From Podarcis filfolensis (lineage: Eukaryota): a DNA stretch of 64,000 bases. The notes under the pieces were generated by a model that did not search any database, was not told the DNA's origin, and worked only from the letters and a program-made list of their open reading frames with translations. Positions 61,498 to 64,000 of the stretch are shown one piece after another (the first letter of the stretch is position 1; every line of letters begins with the position of its first letter). The position numbers and the translations under genes were made by a program. The stretch lies in NCBI GenBank assembly GCA_964270895.1, contig OZ185453.1. The stretch is one strand, 5' to 3'.

Positions 61498-61862
61498 GTT
61501 TAGCCTGCAAAAAGAGGCTATTGAGAGGAGATATGGTAACCATTTTCAAATATCCAAGGGCTGCTAAAGGGAAGATGGAACAAGCTTGTTTTCTCCTGCT
61601 CCAGACTGTAGGACACGAAGCAATGGCTTCAAGTTACAAGAAAGGAGATTCTGACTAAGCATCATAACTTTCTGATGCTAAGAACTGTTTGACCGTCAAA
61701 TGGACTCCTTCAGAAGGTGATGGACTCTCCTTCCTTGGAGGGTTTTGAGCAGAGGTTGGATGGTCCTCTGCCATGGATGCTTTAGCTGAGATTCCTACAT
61801 TGCATCAGTTTGGACTAGATCACCCTTGGGGTCCCTTGCAACTGTACAATCCTATGATTCTA
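61497..61862 (+). mobile_element. CR1 LINE 3' fragment
   Basis: gagaggagatatggtaaccattttcaaatat...caatggcttcaagttacaagaaaggagattc...gactctccttccttggaggg...tatgattcta; a typical CR1 ORF2 end and (attctat) tail. Confidence 0.85.
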
Positions 61863-63029
61863 AGCTTATATCACTTCTAGTTTCTCTCTCTCTCTCTCTT
61901 TTAATGTTCAAGATGTTGATGTGCCACAGATAAATAGCCAAAACTGGTATGTAAGTGGGTTATTATGAATATTTATAATTAGGAATAACTCAGAATGTTA
62001 GTGGCTGGATCCACTTGTTCTAAAAAGTTTTATTTTAAAAATTGCCAAGGCAGAAAATTATTGGAATTCAAATTAATTTGTCACTGAGAAGTATCATAAA
62101 AATGTAATTCCAATTTGAGGTTAAACTAAAAATTCAGAAATCTTGATCTCGAGCTAACCACTTGGGTGTACAAGTAATTGGGATGTGGGGAATTAAGTCA
62201 AGAGAAGAATTATAACTGCCTCTCAGAGTCTCAAAGGAGCGCTGGTTTGAGATCGAGACAGGCTAAAGGTGCTTTAATAGGGAGTCTATGAAGTGTGTAA
62301 TGACCTTCTCTGTGTCTCAGCTACTTGTAGAGAAGCATCCCCCAAAATGTCATGCAGATCCAGTAATAGCTTTGTCCTTTAATTTTAGGCCCAAAGGGAA
62401 AAAGTAGAATTCCAATAACCAGTTGTGGAAATGCACAAAATAATTAAGCAGCAATATCATGGATCATGAGCCACAAATAATTAATCACTAGTATTACATA
62501 GAGAAAGCAAGAACTGGTTCAAATAACTTTCTTCATCCCATTGACTCTTCCCTCTAAAGGTAAACTGGGCTTTTTCAGCCTGTTCATGTCAGATATGCAT
62601 AACCTAGTGTGGTATTTTGAATCGATCCAACAAGGAATATGAGGCAGGTCTTATGCCTGCAACACACAAAGTGATGCTGAATAAATATTGTGAAATGGGA
62701 ACTTAATTTCTGTGAATTCTAATGTGAACCAACCTGATCCATGTCTTCCAGACTAAGCTATGGATTGGAACAAGATTATCCTTTGGATTTTGCAGATCTC
62801 TGAATTATTCAATACCATTTTGGGGTCGAAAATGTGCCCAACTAGGGGTGTGCATTTGCTTTGGATGAATCCTGAATCCCACGCTGAACTGAGCTGATTA
62901 TGAAAGATTCAGAGCTCTTCAGAGAATGGCCTCTGAGGTGCCTGTAGATTTCACCAAATTTCATCAAATTCTGCCCAAAGGTAGTGGTGCTATAGCTGTT
63001 GTATCTACTTCTCCATAACAGTGAAAAGG

Positions 63030-63299
63030 GGATGTGGGTGGCACTGTGGGTTAAACCACAGAGCCTAGGGTTTGCTGATCAGAAGGTTGGCGGTTCAAAT
63101 CCCCGTGATGGGGTGAGCTACCGTTGCTCGGTCCCTGTCCCTGCCAACCTAGCAGTTCGAAAGCATGTCAAAGTGCAAGTAGATAAATAGGTACCACTCC
63201 AGCGGGAAGGTAAACGGCATTTCCGTGCACTGCTCTGGTGCGCCGCAACCCCAGAGTTGGCCACGACTGGACCTAATGGTCAGGGGTCCCTTTAACTTT
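63030..63299 (+). mobile_element. Sauria SINE with internal deletion
   Basis: 14-bp TSD taacagtgaaaagg at 63016-63029 and 63300-63313. About 90 bp of the body is missing at ~63238-63241. Confidence 0.88.
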
Positions 63300-64000
63300 T
63301 AACAGTGAAAAGGAGACACAAAGCTACAGCTGTCTTGAATCAAGGTTCTGATTCAGAACTTAGTGAGTTCTGATTCTCAGAGCTTAGTGAGCATTCTCCA
63401 AAGCAGCCTGAATCAAATGCAGCCACTTTTCGAATCACCACATTGGGATCTAAACTGAATTTATGATCCGTGGGTACCCTAACCCAAATGCATTGAATTG
63501 TATATTTTTGCATAAAATGTGTTTAGATGAAATATACATTTAAATACATATTTTGGGATGAAATACATTTAAATGCAATTTTATAGGGTTGGGTTTTTTA
63601 TTTAAAAAAAACAGAAATGGAACAGCATGGACTTTGTAATAAATACATGCAAAATTGATACACAGTGGAAATGGTCTGCTCCATCTCTAAATTGGGCATT
63701 TGAAGAATGCCTGCCTTTCACCACTGAGTAAACAAGGCAGGAAAAATATTGATAACCTTGAATCCTACATTCTTTGTCTCCCCGACACCTTCTCTCTCTC
63801 TCTCTCTCTCTTTGTTAAGGGATTGAATATTACATAACTGCCAGTGCACATAGATCAGGATGGTCAGGCATCAGTTTATCAGATGTGCTTGAGCGGGTCA
63901 CCTCTGGGCACAATATGGGCCAAGAAGTTTATTCTCAATGTCAGAACTGAACTGGGCTTACAGTCCTCTCACACAAAAGTCTACTCCTGGTTAGGTTCCA

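Noticed and set aside
62843-63689. Possible TAGGG...CCCTA-terminated DNA element enclosing the 63030 SINE
   Set aside because: The termini match poorly and there is no TSD, so I could not define boundaries.

Overview
This 64-kb window is repeat-rich, gene-poor vertebrate DNA. It is almost certainly from a squamate, probably a lacertid lizard, judged by seven Sauria SINEs and two Squam3-type SINEs. I could not recognise any host protein-coding exon, intact tRNA/rRNA gene or host CpG-island promoter. It reads as intergenic or large-intron sequence with two N-gaps and several AT-rich, TAAT-dense unique blocks that may be conserved non-coding elements. All recognisable coding sequence is transposon-derived: a young 5'-truncated RTE/RTEX-like LINE with an uninterrupted RT-to-C-terminus frame and a 12-bp TSD (2790-4791), two 3' fragments of a second RTEX-like family, L2, CR1 and L1 fragments, and a DD34E Tc1 deletion derivative. 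Other elements are a 627-bp solo LTR with a perfect 5-bp TSD, many hAT and Tigger-like MITEs, and a 90-bp MITE present twice with 8-bp TSDs. The most unusual object is a 1.69-kb element (56929-58618, minus strand). It has an intact CpG-rich L1-like 5' end, a poly(A) tail and a 17-bp TSD but no RT/endonuclease ORF, so it looks like a full-length non-autonomous L1-mobilised retroposon. I found no evidence for a novel multi-gene system. Family names were assigned by eye without database searches.
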